The notes under the pieces: generated by a model
Databases searched by the model: none
Told to the model about the DNA's origin: nothing
What the model saw: only the letters and a program-made list of their open reading frames with translations
Part shown: in pieces, positions 1-10,456 of the stretch
Layout: each line of letters opens with the position of its first letter
How positions within the stretch are numbered: the first letter of the stretch is position 1
Assembly (NCBI GenBank): GCA_038141925.1
Contig: JAYQJB010000002.1
Location: forward strand, 291,568 to 355,567
Direction: 5' to 3'
From: Gammaproteobacteria bacterium
Lineage (GTDB): Bacteria; Pseudomonadota; Gammaproteobacteria; Magnimaribacterales; AG-339-G14
DNA: 64,000 nt
Translations under genes and position numbers: made by a program

Positions 1-14
1 AATTTTCAATTTGA

Positions 15-47
15 GTGCAAAAATTAGCATTTTTGTTATTTTTGCAC
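15..47. repeat. Perfect 10-bp inverted repeat (GTGCAAAAAT / ATTTTTGCAC, 13-nt spacer) followed by a T-run; possible terminator of the off-window upstream gene, or an operator
   Basis: Arms 15-24 and 38-47 are exact reverse complements; CATTTTTGG follows the second arm. Confidence 0.35.
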
Positions 48-192
48 CATTTTTGGCCTTTTTTTGCAGTTGTATAATGCTTCCGATTTTAAAGGGAACT
101 TATTTAAGAAAATTTCTTTTTTAAATGAACTTTTAGAAAATTAATCTCTCTAGTAAGTATCTTAATTAACCATCAGCTTAAAGGAGTTAGCG

Positions 193-285
193 ATGATCAA
201 TAGAGTGGTAACAGGAACTTTAGGATTTTGTTTTTGCCTCTCTTTTATACTTTATTTAGGAGTAATAGGAATAAACTTTTTCTAA
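193..285 (+). CDS. Hypothetical 30-aa hydrophobic small protein (MINRVVTGTLGFCFCLSFILYLGVIGINFF)
   Basis: ATG preceded by AAGGAG (181-186) at 6-nt spacing; a single TM-like segment; strong terminator 37 nt downstream; shorter than the ORF-track cutoff; no homolog recognised. Confidence 0.35.
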   Translation: MINRVVTGTLGFCFCLSFILYLGVIGINFF

Positions 286-322
286 TCCTATAAAGCAATA
301 AATTTATAAAGTTCTCCCCCTA

Positions 323-354
323 ATCCCCTCGCTTCGGTGAGGGGATTTCTTTTT
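323..354 (+). terminator. Rho-independent terminator
   Basis: ATCCCCTC (323-330) pairs with GAGGGGAT (339-346); loop GCTTCGGT; followed by TTCTTTTT. Confidence 0.7.
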
Positions 355-468
355 GGGAAATAATAACTTAGAGTGTGGTATGACTAAGCAATGTGAAGAA
401 TGTCTACAGGACTTACCATTTAGTTATTTTTCAAAACAAAGAGGTAGCCTAATGGGGCTAAGGAGAGT

Positions 469-1899
469 TTGCAGATCTTGCGAGAAAAAAAACTTTTCTT
501 AAACAACCTCTCTTTCTTTGTTAAAAACCTTTTTATAATATCGATTCTTTTTGTACTATCTTCTTGTGGAGGAGGAGGAAGTGGAAATACCCCTGATATT
601 CCTTCAGCTCAACCCTTTGTTTGGGAAGTTGTTACTCCAGAGTCACAAGGCTTAGATAGTGCCAAAGTTCAAGCGGCAATAAATTTTGCTATGGAAGATG
701 GCAAATTTACTCAAGCAGCAATAATTATCAAAAATGGCAAGATTGTCGGTGAACAATATAGAGGTATTAGTTCTTCAGAAAAAACCTTAATTATTGATGA
801 TGCGGAAACCAATTGGACTGTAGAAAATCTTGATTTAGGCTATGCAACCAAAGATGCAAATAGTTTAGTAACCAGTTGGTCGGTGGCTAAGTCCTACACA
901 AGTATTCTCTTTGGTATCGCTCAAGGTATGGGCTTTTTCCCAAATGGACTGGAAACAACTGCTGCAACATACCTAAATGAGTGGGCAGGAGATGAAAGAA
1001 ATACTATTACCTTAAAGAAACTTTTAGATATGCGTTCAGGATTAGAGCCCGCCTGCTACGACGCTTTAAGTTCCGCATGGCAAGTTTGCACAGCAGTAAC
1101 AATTACAAGCGGCGGAGGTTTAACAAACGCAACCAATCAATTGATTGGATGCATTAATAGAAATCTGGCAGCTACCAACCAAACTCATGATTGGTATCGT
1201 CCTGGAGGACAGGATGGAATTGTCTATCAGACGGGTTACTTTCTTTATCAAAACTGCGATTCGATGGTCTTGGGAGAAATTTTTTACCGTGCAGTGGGTC
1301 AAGATATCAAAACTTTTGCAGATACCTATTTGTTTTCAAAATTAAATATTACAGCCGATTGGTGGAGAGATTATTCAACCGGCGGTCAAGCCAACGGCAA
1401 CTATCTATCCTATTGCTGCCTTGATATGACCGCTCGTGATTTTGCCAAAGTTGCTCTGCTTCTAGTAAATAATGGTGTCTGGCAGGGAGAGCAAATCATC
1501 CCTCAAAGTTATGCTCAGGCAATTAAAAATATCACGACAACGTCTGTAGTTACTGAGCAATTTGGCGGCGTGCAAAGTTATGGTCTTAAGTTTTGGTCGA
1601 TATATGGAGCTAGCAACTGTGGACCTCAAAATGATCAAAAGTGTGTGCCTGATAATACCGTTATCTCTCCCGTGGGCTATGATGGACAATACATGTTGAT
1701 GGATTTTACCAACAACTTGATCATGATTAGGTTTAGCTTGAATGCTCCAATACAGCAAGTTTCTACCGATAAAAAAATGATTGTTGCCTATCCGGAACCT
1801 TCAAATTTTATTCTGACTTTGCCTATTGCAGCTACAAATCCCAATCCAGTTTCGCGTTTCTTCCCAATAGCTGAGTATTGGTATACCTTGAATAATTAG
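469..1899 (+). CDS. Beta-lactamase/PBP-related serine hydrolase, predicted lipoprotein
   Basis: 476-aa ORF with TTG start 4 nt after AAGGAG; lipobox LSSC followed by a GGGGSG linker; SxxK motif (SVAK in SWSVAKSYTS). Confidence 0.75.
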   Translation: MQILREKKLFLNNLSFFVKNLFIISILFVLSSCGGGGSGNTPDIPSAQPFVWEVVTPESQGLDSAKVQAAINFAMEDGKFTQAAIIIKNGKIVGEQYRGISSSEKTLIIDDAETNWTVENLDLGYATKDANSLVTSWSVAKSYTSILFGIAQGMGFFPNGLETTAATYLNEWAGDERNTITLKKLLDMRSGLEPACYDALSSAWQVCTAVTITSGGGLTNATNQLIGCINRNLAATNQTHDWYRPGGQDGIVYQTGYFLYQNCDSMVLGEIFYRAVGQDIKTFADTYLFSKLNITADWWRDYSTGGQANGNYLSYCCLDMTARDFAKVALLLVNNGVWQGEQIIPQSYAQAIKNITTTSVVTEQFGGVQSYGLKFWSIYGASNCGPQNDQKCVPDNTVISPVGYDGQYMLMDFTNNLIMIRFSLNAPIQQVSTDKKMIVAYPEPSNFILTLPIAATNPNPVSRFFPIAEYWYTLNN

Positions 1900-3322
1900 G
1901 AAGAGCAGGAAATTTCTAATTTTTTACCCCATTCTGGAGGTGCTTTTGCTAAATCTTCGTATTTCGAATTTTCTTCAAATGGTTTTTTTAGAAGTTCCAA
2001 AAGAGTATTCAATTTTTCATAATCAAAATTTTCTGCATCTTGAATGGCTTCTTGAGCAAGATAATTTCTCAATATGAATTTTGGGTTAGTTAATTCCATA
2101 GCTTTCTTTCTTTCTGAAGAGGACGTCTTTTCCATCTTCAAACGTTCTTCATATTTTTGAAACCATTTTTTACCCAACTCATCTTCAAACAATTGATGAT
2201 TCTCTTTAGATAAAGCTCTAAACGTATTGGTGTAATCTTTTTCGTTTTTTTCCATCCAAGAGAGCAAATCTTCAACCAATTTAAGGTCGTCATGATGAGC
2301 CTCACTCAAGCCTAATTTTTTCTAAAGATTAAAGTCAGCTCATCGTAAAAGATTTTTTCATATGAATTGATGATCTCTTTGGTACGGTCAATTTCAATAT
2401 GATCTTTTAGAGCTGCAGCTAAAGCATGGCAGTTCCAAAGACCAATTGAGGGCTGATTGTTAAATGCATAGCGACCACCATGATCCGAGTGATTGCAAAT
2501 GAACCCAGGATTGTAATCATCAAGAAAGCCAAAAGGCCCAAAATCAAAAGTCTCTCCTAAGATAGACATGTTGTCGGTGTTCATTACGCCATGAGCAAAA
2601 CCAAAAGCCTGCCATTTGGCAATGAGCCTTGCTGTCGAATGCACAATTTTTTCAAATAAATCGGTATAGGCATCTTTTGAGTCTTTAAGTTCAGGAAAAT
2701 AATTTTCAATCACATGGTCTAGTAAAATTGGAATGAATTCTGATTTTTTGTTGTGCATAAGATATTCGAAATGCCCAAAGCGAATGTGAGTTTTTGCAAC
2801 CCTTACCATCATTGCGCCAAATTCAGTTGTTTCTCTAAAGACTGGCTCATCGCTCCCAATCATAATCAACGATCTGGAACTTGGAATACCAAGATGATGC
2901 ATGGCTTCACCACACAAATATTCTCTGATTGTCGATCTTAAAACTGCTCGGCCATCGCCAAATCTTGAATAAGGTGTTTTGCCAGCTCCTTTTATATGTA
3001 AATCCATCAAGCCATCCTTAGTCTGCAATTGACCCAATAAAATACCTCTGCCATCACCAAGTTGAGAAACCCAAGAACCAAATTGATGTCCAGCATATGC
3101 CATAGATAGAGGTGCACTATGTTTAAAAGCTTTATTGCCATTTATGTATGGCACTAAATCTTCAGCATTCAGACTTTTTGGAAATCCCAAAAGCTCTGCT
3201 AGCTCTTCATTAAAATGTATCAGTTTTGGATTATCAAAAGGCGTCCAATTTTGCGCATGAAAAAAATCCTCAGGTAATTCAGCGAATTTATTTGAAAATT
3301 TTAAATTGTCCAGTTCTTTCAT
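1896..3322 (-). CDS. selO: Protein adenylyltransferase SelO/YdiU (UPF0061); reading frame interrupted by a frameshift
   Basis: N-terminal fragment 2312-3322 carries HQFGSW..QLGDGR..KGAGKTPYSR..DGRAVLRSTIRE; C-terminal fragment 1896-2309 continues the family; frames differ by 1 nt at the T6 run 2316-2321. Confidence 0.85.
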
Positions 3323-3354
3323 ATCCGTTAATTATATAGGTTAGAATTTGTCTA

Positions 3355-4044
3355 ATGCTTAAAGATGAAAAACTAAATTTAGATTTATATCAAAACCTCA
3401 ATTCCAATCAGGCTCCAGAGGACTTTCATCACGTGGCTTTTAAAACCATTAATTATGAAGCTATGGTTGATTTTTATACTAAGCTTTTTGGTTGCGAGCC
3501 TTTATACGAAAGCGAAGAATTAACTTTCTTAGCTTTTGATGAAGAGCATCATCGAGTAGCTATTGCTAATACTTCAGGTATTTTTAAAAATCTTGGATTT
3601 ATTCCAAAGACCATAATGCGAATAAAAAACTGGATGAATCGATCTTTACCTTCAATTGTTGGCTTGGACCATATTTCTTATAAGTTGAATCCTATTGAAA
3701 AGTGGTTCGAGTTTTACCACAAAGCTAAAGATGAAGGATTGGAGCCTTATTGGACGATCAATCACGGCTGGATTACTGGAATGTATTACAAAGATCCAGA
3801 TGGTCATTTAGTAGAAATATTTTTTGAACATTGGCGCAACCAAGAAGAATTCAAAATTAACATTTCTCCAGATTTTTCCGATGAACCCATAGGTACCAAC
3901 ATGGATATCGATGCGCTTTATGACATGTTTAAAAAAGGGGCATCCTTTGAAGAGCTTATTCAAAAAGGCAATACCGTTCCGGAAGGCAAGAAACCAGTTG
4001 CCGGCATGGAAGCGGTCATGAATATGCGTAAAAAGTTTAAGTAG
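3355..4044 (+). CDS. VOC-family (glyoxalase/extradiol dioxygenase-like) protein
   Basis: 229-aa ORF; HHVAFK..MVDFYTKLFG and GLDHISYK segments resemble VOC metal-binding modules; assignment by eye only. Confidence 0.55.
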   Translation: MLKDEKLNLDLYQNLNSNQAPEDFHHVAFKTINYEAMVDFYTKLFGCEPLYESEELTFLAFDEEHHRVAIANTSGIFKNLGFIPKTIMRIKNWMNRSLPSIVGLDHISYKLNPIEKWFEFYHKAKDEGLEPYWTINHGWITGMYYKDPDGHLVEIFFEHWRNQEEFKINISPDFSDEPIGTNMDIDALYDMFKKGASFEELIQKGNTVPEGKKPVAGMEAVMNMRKKFK

Positions 4045-4055
4045 CTTAACTTTAA

Positions 4056-5075
4056 TTAAAATATTTTTTTAAAATCATCACAAATTCTCTTTAAGGCATA
4101 ATCGACGCCATTAACTAACATCATGTTCACAAAGCCATGAATGTAGCTGTCATGAGTACGGTGATAAATTTCCACGTTAGCTTGTCTTAATGCTTGTGCA
4201 TATTGATCGCCCTCATCTCTCAGAGGGTCAAAGCCTGCAGTTACTACAACTGCTGGCGGGTGATCTGAAAGATCTTCCGCATAAAGAGGCGATACCAAAG
4301 GATCTTTTGTTAGCTCGTCATTTTCAAGGTATTGATTGCGAAAGAATTCCATTGAGGTTTTAGTCAAAAAGAAGCCTTCAGCCATCTCATCCATAGAAGG
4401 ATGTTTTAAAGTAAGGTCAGTAACTGGGTAAATAAGCAATTGTGCTTTTGGCATGGAGAGCTCTTCTTGTTTGCGCTTAATACACAGTGAAGCAGCTAAA
4501 TTTCCTCCAGCACTGTCGCCACCAACTGATACTCTATTTGGATTGATACCTAAATCCAAAGCATTTTCTTTAACCCAGTTGAAGGCAGCTTCACAATCTG
4601 CCAAGGGAATGGGGAAGGGATGCTCTGGCGCTAAACGATAATCCACCGAGAAAATTTTTGCTTTGAGTTCTTTTGCTAAAAATCCCGTAAACGCTTCATG
4701 CGACTCGATGCTCCCAATGACCCATCCACCACCATGAAAATAAACCAAGGCGGGATAGATGTTTCCAATGGATTCAGGTGAGTATTCTCTAACTCTTATT
4801 TCTGCGCCGTTTGATTTAACAACGTGATTGGTGGTTTTGACTCCCGAGGGTAGGGGCAGAGAAAGCAAACCTCGACTTTCTTCAAACTCTTTACGTAATT
4901 CTGCGGCAGGTTTGGTCGTATCCAGTTTGGCGCCAGTATCCTCCATCACTTTTAATAAGTATTGAAAGCCTGGATCCAGCTTTCGATAGCCTTTTTCAAT
5001 TTGTTCTTTACCCGACCATCTGATTAGAATGCTTGTAGGTAATTTGAATAATAGTTTCGCTAAAAATGTGCGCAT
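4056..5075 (-). CDS. Alpha/beta-hydrolase, HSL-family esterase/lipase
   Basis: HGGG oxyanion motif (YFHGGGWVIGS) and GDSAG nucleophile elbow (GGDSAGGNLA). Confidence 0.85.
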   Translation of the reverse strand: MRTFLAKLLFKLPTSILIRWSGKEQIEKGYRKLDPGFQYLLKVMEDTGAKLDTTKPAAELRKEFEESRGLLSLPLPSGVKTTNHVVKSNGAEIRVREYSPESIGNIYPALVYFHGGGWVIGSIESHEAFTGFLAKELKAKIFSVDYRLAPEHPFPIPLADCEAAFNWVKENALDLGINPNRVSVGGDSAGGNLAASLCIKRKQEELSMPKAQLLIYPVTDLTLKHPSMDEMAEGFFLTKTSMEFFRNQYLENDELTKDPLVSPLYAEDLSDHPPAVVVTAGFDPLRDEGDQYAQALRQANVEIYHRTHDSYIHGFVNMMLVNGVDYALKRICDDFKKIF

Positions 5076-5089
5076 TTGAACAGTTTAAT

Positions 5090-5545
5090 TCATTTTTGTT
5101 TGCGCCACACCCAAGGCGCGATTGGATCTTCGGCTCGCCACAGGCCTAAATTTTCTGCTTTAGCTTGATCTTGATACTTATATAAAGATGAATCTTTAAC
5201 ATATCTGTCATAAACCCAGGCAAATCCAGATTTAATCATTAACGCATTTGCACTTTCTCCATTAGCATATATTTCTCCTAAAACTCTGCCATAGCGATCT
5301 TCTCCTTGAGAAATAAGTGTCACGTCTTTTTCATTAAGCAATCTATTTAAAAAGTTTTTCGATTGCGCACCAAAGGGCTGATTTATTTCAGGTGCATCAA
5401 TTTCTACCAAACGAATTTTTATCTCCCTGCCTTTGGCTTCCGCTCGAATAGTATCGCCATCGACAACCCGAATATTCTCTAGAGGAGTGTAAGAAATTAA
5501 AAAAGCAGCATTTAAGCTCAACAATAATAAATAAATAAACTTCAT
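5090..5545 (-). CDS. Secreted or membrane-anchored staphylococcal-nuclease-like thermonuclease (SNase)
   Basis: Internal ATG at 5545 starts MKFIYLLLLSLNAAFLISY (signal-like), then VVDGDTI, IRLVEIDAPE and DRYGRVLGEIY SNase motifs; lies in frame with the upstream RmuC ORF with no intervening stop. Confidence 0.8.
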   Translation of the reverse strand: MKFIYLLLLSLNAAFLISYTPLENIRVVDGDTIRAEAKGREIKIRLVEIDAPEINQPFGAQSKNFLNRLLNEKDVTLISQGEDRYGRVLGEIYANGESANALMIKSGFAWVYDRYVKDSSLYKYQDQAKAENLGLWRAEDPIAPWVWRKQK

Positions 5546-6436
5546 ATTATTAAAGTTAATCGTCTTTGAGATCAGCAGCACCTTTATTCTTCCTAAGACA
5601 TTTATTCTAGTTTGCAGAGAAGAAACTTCTTTTATCGAAGCCTCCAACCTTTTGGTGACTGCTTCGGTGCTTTTATCAAAGCTATCAAACTGCGTTTTTA
5701 TTCTTCTCACTACTTCAGCAACCTTTTCTGCAGTTTCATTGAGTTGCAGATAATGATGACCGATTCTGATGGTATCGAGAAAAGCAGCTAAAGTATTTGG
5801 TCCCTGAATAAGTACTTTTTTTTCTGCGAGACAATCTTGTCTTAAGTTTTCAATATCATCGACTAGGTCAATCAGTTTTTCAGAGGCAATATAAAGAACC
5901 GCATAATTAGAAGTTGTGTTTTGTCTGATATATTTTGATGCTATGTCATCTGCATCTCTCAAAATGGCGGTCCTTAAATCTCGTAAAACATTTCCACGCT
6001 CATTGTCACGATTAGCTTCTTGATATTGCTTGTACTGACCTGCATAAAATTTCGAATCAATGGGAATCGTTAAGCCATCTGCAGTTTTGACCGCACAATC
6101 TACGCGGTCTTGAGTTTCTTTGTTGATCTGAGCTTGAAAGTTGTAGCTACCATCTGGCAATATTTCTTTGACAATCGACTCTAAATTCCATTCTCCTAAT
6201 CTACCAGTGGTGACATTTCCACCCAAAAATCTATTGAGCTCGTTGATTGGCGTCGTCACTGAAGCTAATTGATTTTCAATTTCATTGAGATCTTTGGAGA
6301 CGGAATCGATTTTATTTTCCAAGTTTTCTGACTTTCCAGATTCGATGGTTTTTTGATCTCTCAGTTTCAAAAAAATATAGACCACAATAGCAAGCGTGCA
6401 AATGGATAAAATCAAGGTCAGGATTGATAAGTCCAT
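5546..6436 (-). CDS. rmuC: DNA recombination protein RmuC (N-terminal TM helix, coiled coil, RmuC nuclease-like domain); as read it runs into the SNase gene
   Basis: RmuC-family similarity over roughly the first 290 aa of the 448-aa ORF. An alternative frame gives ...VLGKNKGAADLKDD-stop at 5556-5558, suggesting another 1-nt error near 5588-5596. Confidence 0.75.
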
Positions 6437-6922
6437 TAGAACTGTGCTTTGAATTGCCTAATTGAGACCAAAAAAATTAAAGAACAACAAATTAAAACCC
6501 AACCTGGGATGGAAATTCCCAAAAGACTCCACATGACTTCAGCACAATTGCCATCACCAATGAAAAGTTGAATCAATGCATCTGAAATGAAGTCGTTCTC
6601 TAAAAGATAATTTAAATCAGGTCCGCAAGATGGAACTCTATCTGGCGGTAACGATTGCAGATACAAATGCCTCACCGCGGAGGCACCTCCCACCAGACTA
6701 AAAAAGCCCGTTGAGCGCTAAGTAAAACTTGCCTAAATTGTTGTGCAGTATGCCAATCAATGCCGCAGCTCCAGCAAGTGCAACAGCTATTCTTTGTACG
6801 ATGCACATGGGACAGGGTTCGAGCCCAAGTTGGTATTCCATGTAAAATGCAGTGGCAATTAAACCGATGCAAGCAAGCAAAATTAAAGTTAAAACAACAC
6901 GCGTTTCTTGCAGTAAATTCAT
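6436..6922 (-). CDS. dsbB: Disulfide bond formation protein DsbB; frameshifted
   Basis: N-terminal fragment 6698-6922 contains CPMC; fragment 6436-6693 contains the second periplasmic Cys pair and a TM helix; frames join at the A6 run 6690-6695. Confidence 0.8.
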
Positions 6923-6958
6923 GGTATAAGTATAACGAAATTTAGGTAAAAAATTTTA

Positions 6959-9661
6959 TGGCAAAACCAGAAAGCTCTGCAGATAACGACTCCGTCATTC
7001 TTATCGATGGGTCATCATATGTCTATCGTGCTTACCATGCTTTGCCGCCCTTAACGACTTCTCTGGTCAGCCAACTGGCGCGGTAAGAGGAGTGACCACC
7101 ATGGTGATGCGAATCTTAGAAGACCATCCAAATTCACCCATTGGGATGTTCTTCGATGCCAAAGGCGATACTTTTCGCCACGACATGTATAAAGAATACA
7201 AAGCCAATCGACCGCCGATGCCAGATGATTTGCGTCCACAAATTCAACCCATTTACGATATTGTTGAGGCCTTGGGTATCAAGATTTTTGTAGTCGATAA
7301 CGTTGAGGCTGATGATGTGATTGGCACGCTTGCCAAGCAAGCTGAAGAAAAGGGCATTTCGACTGTGATTTCCACTGGCGATAAAGATTTAGCACAACTC
7401 GTAACTAAAAATATCAAATTGGTGAATACCATGACCAATGAAGTACTGGACCAAAAAGGGGTGGAGAAAAAGTTTGGCGTAACCCCAGAACAAATCATCG
7501 ATTACTTGGCACTTGTTGGGGACACCTCGGATAACATTCCAGGGGTAAATAAAGTCGGTCCCAAAACTGCCGTCAACTGGTTAAGCAAATATGGAACGGT
7601 TGAAACCATCATTGAAAAAGCTGAAGAAATTACCGGTAAGGTTGGCGAATACCTGCGCGAAGGCATTGAGCAACTCAAACTCTCGCAACAATTAACTACT
7701 ATTAAAAAAGATGTCACCTTGGATTTTGGGATTGAGGACCTGGCAGTAGGAGAAACCGATCAAGCTAAATTGCACAAGCTATTTACCGAACTGGAATTTA
7801 AGACTTTATTAAAAAGTGCCGAAACAAAAAAAACTCCAGTAACAAGTTCTAATGGCTCTGCTTCAAAAGACAATTACCGCGCCATTCTGAGCAAAAAAGA
7901 TTTGGATGGTCTTATTAAGGAATTAAAAAAAGCCAAAGTTTTGGCTTTTGATACCGAAACGGATTCCTTGGATTTTACTCAAGCCAATTTGGTCGGCTTA
8001 TCGGTTGCAACAGATGAAGAAAATGCATATTACATTACAGTTGGTCACGATTACGAGGGAGCGCCCAAGCAGCTCGATCGAGACGAGGTTTAAAAAAACT
8101 CAAACCAATCATTGAAAAGACTCCTTTGATCGGCCAACACTTAAAATTCGATCGTAATGTTTTGGCAAATTACGACATTCATTTGAATGCTATTGAAAAC
8201 GACACTATGTTGATGTCATACGTTTATGACCCAACTGCGACCCGTCATAATTTGGATGCCATGGCGAGTCATTATTTAAATGTCAAAACCACAACTTTTG
8301 AGGATGTTGCTGGTAAGGGCGTCAAACAACTTACTTTCAATCAGATACCTTTGGAAAAAGCGAGTGACTATGCAGCAGAAGATGCAGATATCACTTTTCG
8401 TTGCTATTCCCATTTAAAACCAGCTTTAGCAAAGACACCTTCTTTGGAAAAAGTTCTGCATGAAATTGAATTGCCTTTGGTGCCGGTGCTCTCCGATATG
8501 GAACAAGCAGGGACCTTAGTTAACGAAGAGGCTTTAAAAGTTCAATCCAATAATTTAGGACAACGTATCAGTGGGCTTGAAGAACAAGCCTATCGAGAAG
8601 CGGGTAAAGAATTCAATTTGGCTTCTACCAAAGATTTAAGAGCAATTTTCTTTGATGAGATGGAACTCCCGGTCGTGAAAAAAACTCCTGGCGGTCAACC
8701 GTCTACCGATGAGTCAGTTTTACAAGAATTAGCCAATCATTATGAATTGCCAAAAATTCTCTTGGAACATCGTACTTTGGCAAAATTGAAAAGTACTTAT
8801 ACCGATAGTCTGCCGCAACAAATATCGAAAAAGACGGGTCGTGTGCATACTTCTTTTCATCAAGCTGTGACTTCAACCGGGAGATTGTCTTCTGCTGATC
8901 CCAATTTACAAAACATACCAATCAAAACCGATGAGGGTAGACTTATCAGAACAGCTTTTGTTGCACCCAATGATTATCAATTGTTAGCAGTTGATTATTC
9001 GCAAATTGAGTTGCGCATCATGGCGCATCTTTCTGAAGATAAAGGTCTGATTACCGCATTCGAAAATGGCGAAGATATTCATTCTGTTACAGCAGCAGAA
9101 GTCTTTGCTGAACCTGGTGAAGAGGTGACAGCAGAACAACGTCGTGGCGCTAAGGCAATCAACTTCGGTTTAATTTACGGTATGTCGGCCTTTGGTCTGA
9201 GTAAAGCTTTGAATATTTCTAGACCTTTAGCTGCTGACTATATCGATTCGTATTTTCACAAATACCCTGGTGTAAAAATGTATATGGAACGCACCAAGGA
9301 GCTAGCTAAAGAGAAAGGTTATGTTGAAACCTTCTTTGGCAGAAGACTTTATTTACCTGGAATCCACAGCGGACGCAGTCGAATGGCTGCAGAGAGAGCA
9401 GCAATCAATGCGCCCATGCAAGGAACTGCTGCTGACATCATGAAAATTGCGATGATTGAAATTCATGAGTGGTTGGCCAAGGGCAAAGTTGATGCTCGGA
9501 TGATCATGCAGGTTCACGATGAAGTGATTTTAGAGGTCAAAGATCAAGACGCTTCCAAAGTCGAACAAGAAGTTTCAAAGATCATGCAAAATGCCGCGAA
9601 ATTGAAAGTGCCTTTGGAAGTTGAAAGCGGTTTGGCTTCCAATTGGGGTGAAGCCCACTAG
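6959..9661 (+). CDS. polA: DNA polymerase I; two frameshifts
   Basis: ATG at 6959 gives MAKPESSADNDSVILIDGSSYVYRAYHALPPLTTS. It then continues in 7092-8093 (5'-3' exo and start of 3'-5' exo) and 8126-9661 (RRGAKAINFGLIYGMS, QVHDEV). Shifts lie near 7058-7064 and 8089-8098. Confidence 0.9.
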
Positions 9662-9736
9662 TTCAAGAACTTTTTCAAACATCCTTAGTCTAAAAAGCGT
9701 TCTCCTAAAAAATAAGGAAATACATAATCCTTGTGG

Positions 9737-9774
9737 CCCGTCAGCATCTCTCTCCCCTGAAAACTGCTGACGGG
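9737..9774 (+). terminator. GC-rich hairpin between convergent polA and engB
   Basis: CCCGTCAGC (9737-9745) pairs with GCTGACGGG (9766-9774); 20-nt loop; TTT follows; the large loop lowers confidence. Confidence 0.45.
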
Positions 9775-9775
9775 T

Positions 9776-10383
9776 TTAAACATCTAAGAGCAGTTTAATT
9801 TTATTTAACAAAGTTTCCAAACCTATTTTTTTGGTTGCAGAAAATACCAGTGAGTCGACAATAGTTGGGTAATCAGCCATTTTTTCTGAGACAACTTTAA
9901 GAGTATTTTGGGTTTCTTTATTGTTTAGTTTATCGGCTTTGGTCAAAACCAAATGAATGGGTAAATTCAAAGAATTGCAAAGACTTAAAAATTCCATATC
10001 TTTGTTTTGAAAAGGGTGACGCATGTCCATGATCAAAATCAAATCGGTTAGGGCTGCTCTTTTTCCAAATAACTCAAAATCAGTTTGGCCCAAGCATTTT
10101 GATCTTGCTTACTGGCTTTGGCGTAACCGAAACCTGGTAGATCGACTATTTTTTTTGCTTCGTCATTGGTTAACTGAAAAAAATTGATGGACTGGGTTCT
10201 TCCTGGTGTATTGGAGGTTTTGGCTAATTTTTTTTGATTAGCTAATGCATTGATCAAAGTAGATTTTCCCGAATTTGACCTGCCGCAAAGCGCGATTTCA
10301 TTCCCCGTATCGGAAGGGAAAAGTTTGCTTTCGGTTGCAGCACAAGCAAAGGTCAGAGGCAAAGGTTTTGACTTATAACTCAT
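9776..10383 (-). CDS. engB: Ribosome-biogenesis GTPase EngB/YihA; frameshifted
   Basis: GRSNSGKSTLINAL (G1), DLPGFGYA and TKADK (G4); fragments 10048-10383 and 9776-10093 join at the T5 run 10060-10064. Confidence 0.85.
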
Positions 10384-10456
10384 TCTTCTAAAATCAGGAA
10401 AAACAATATTCTATAGTATATAATTGCCAACCATTTAGCCCACTAATAAAGAATAA

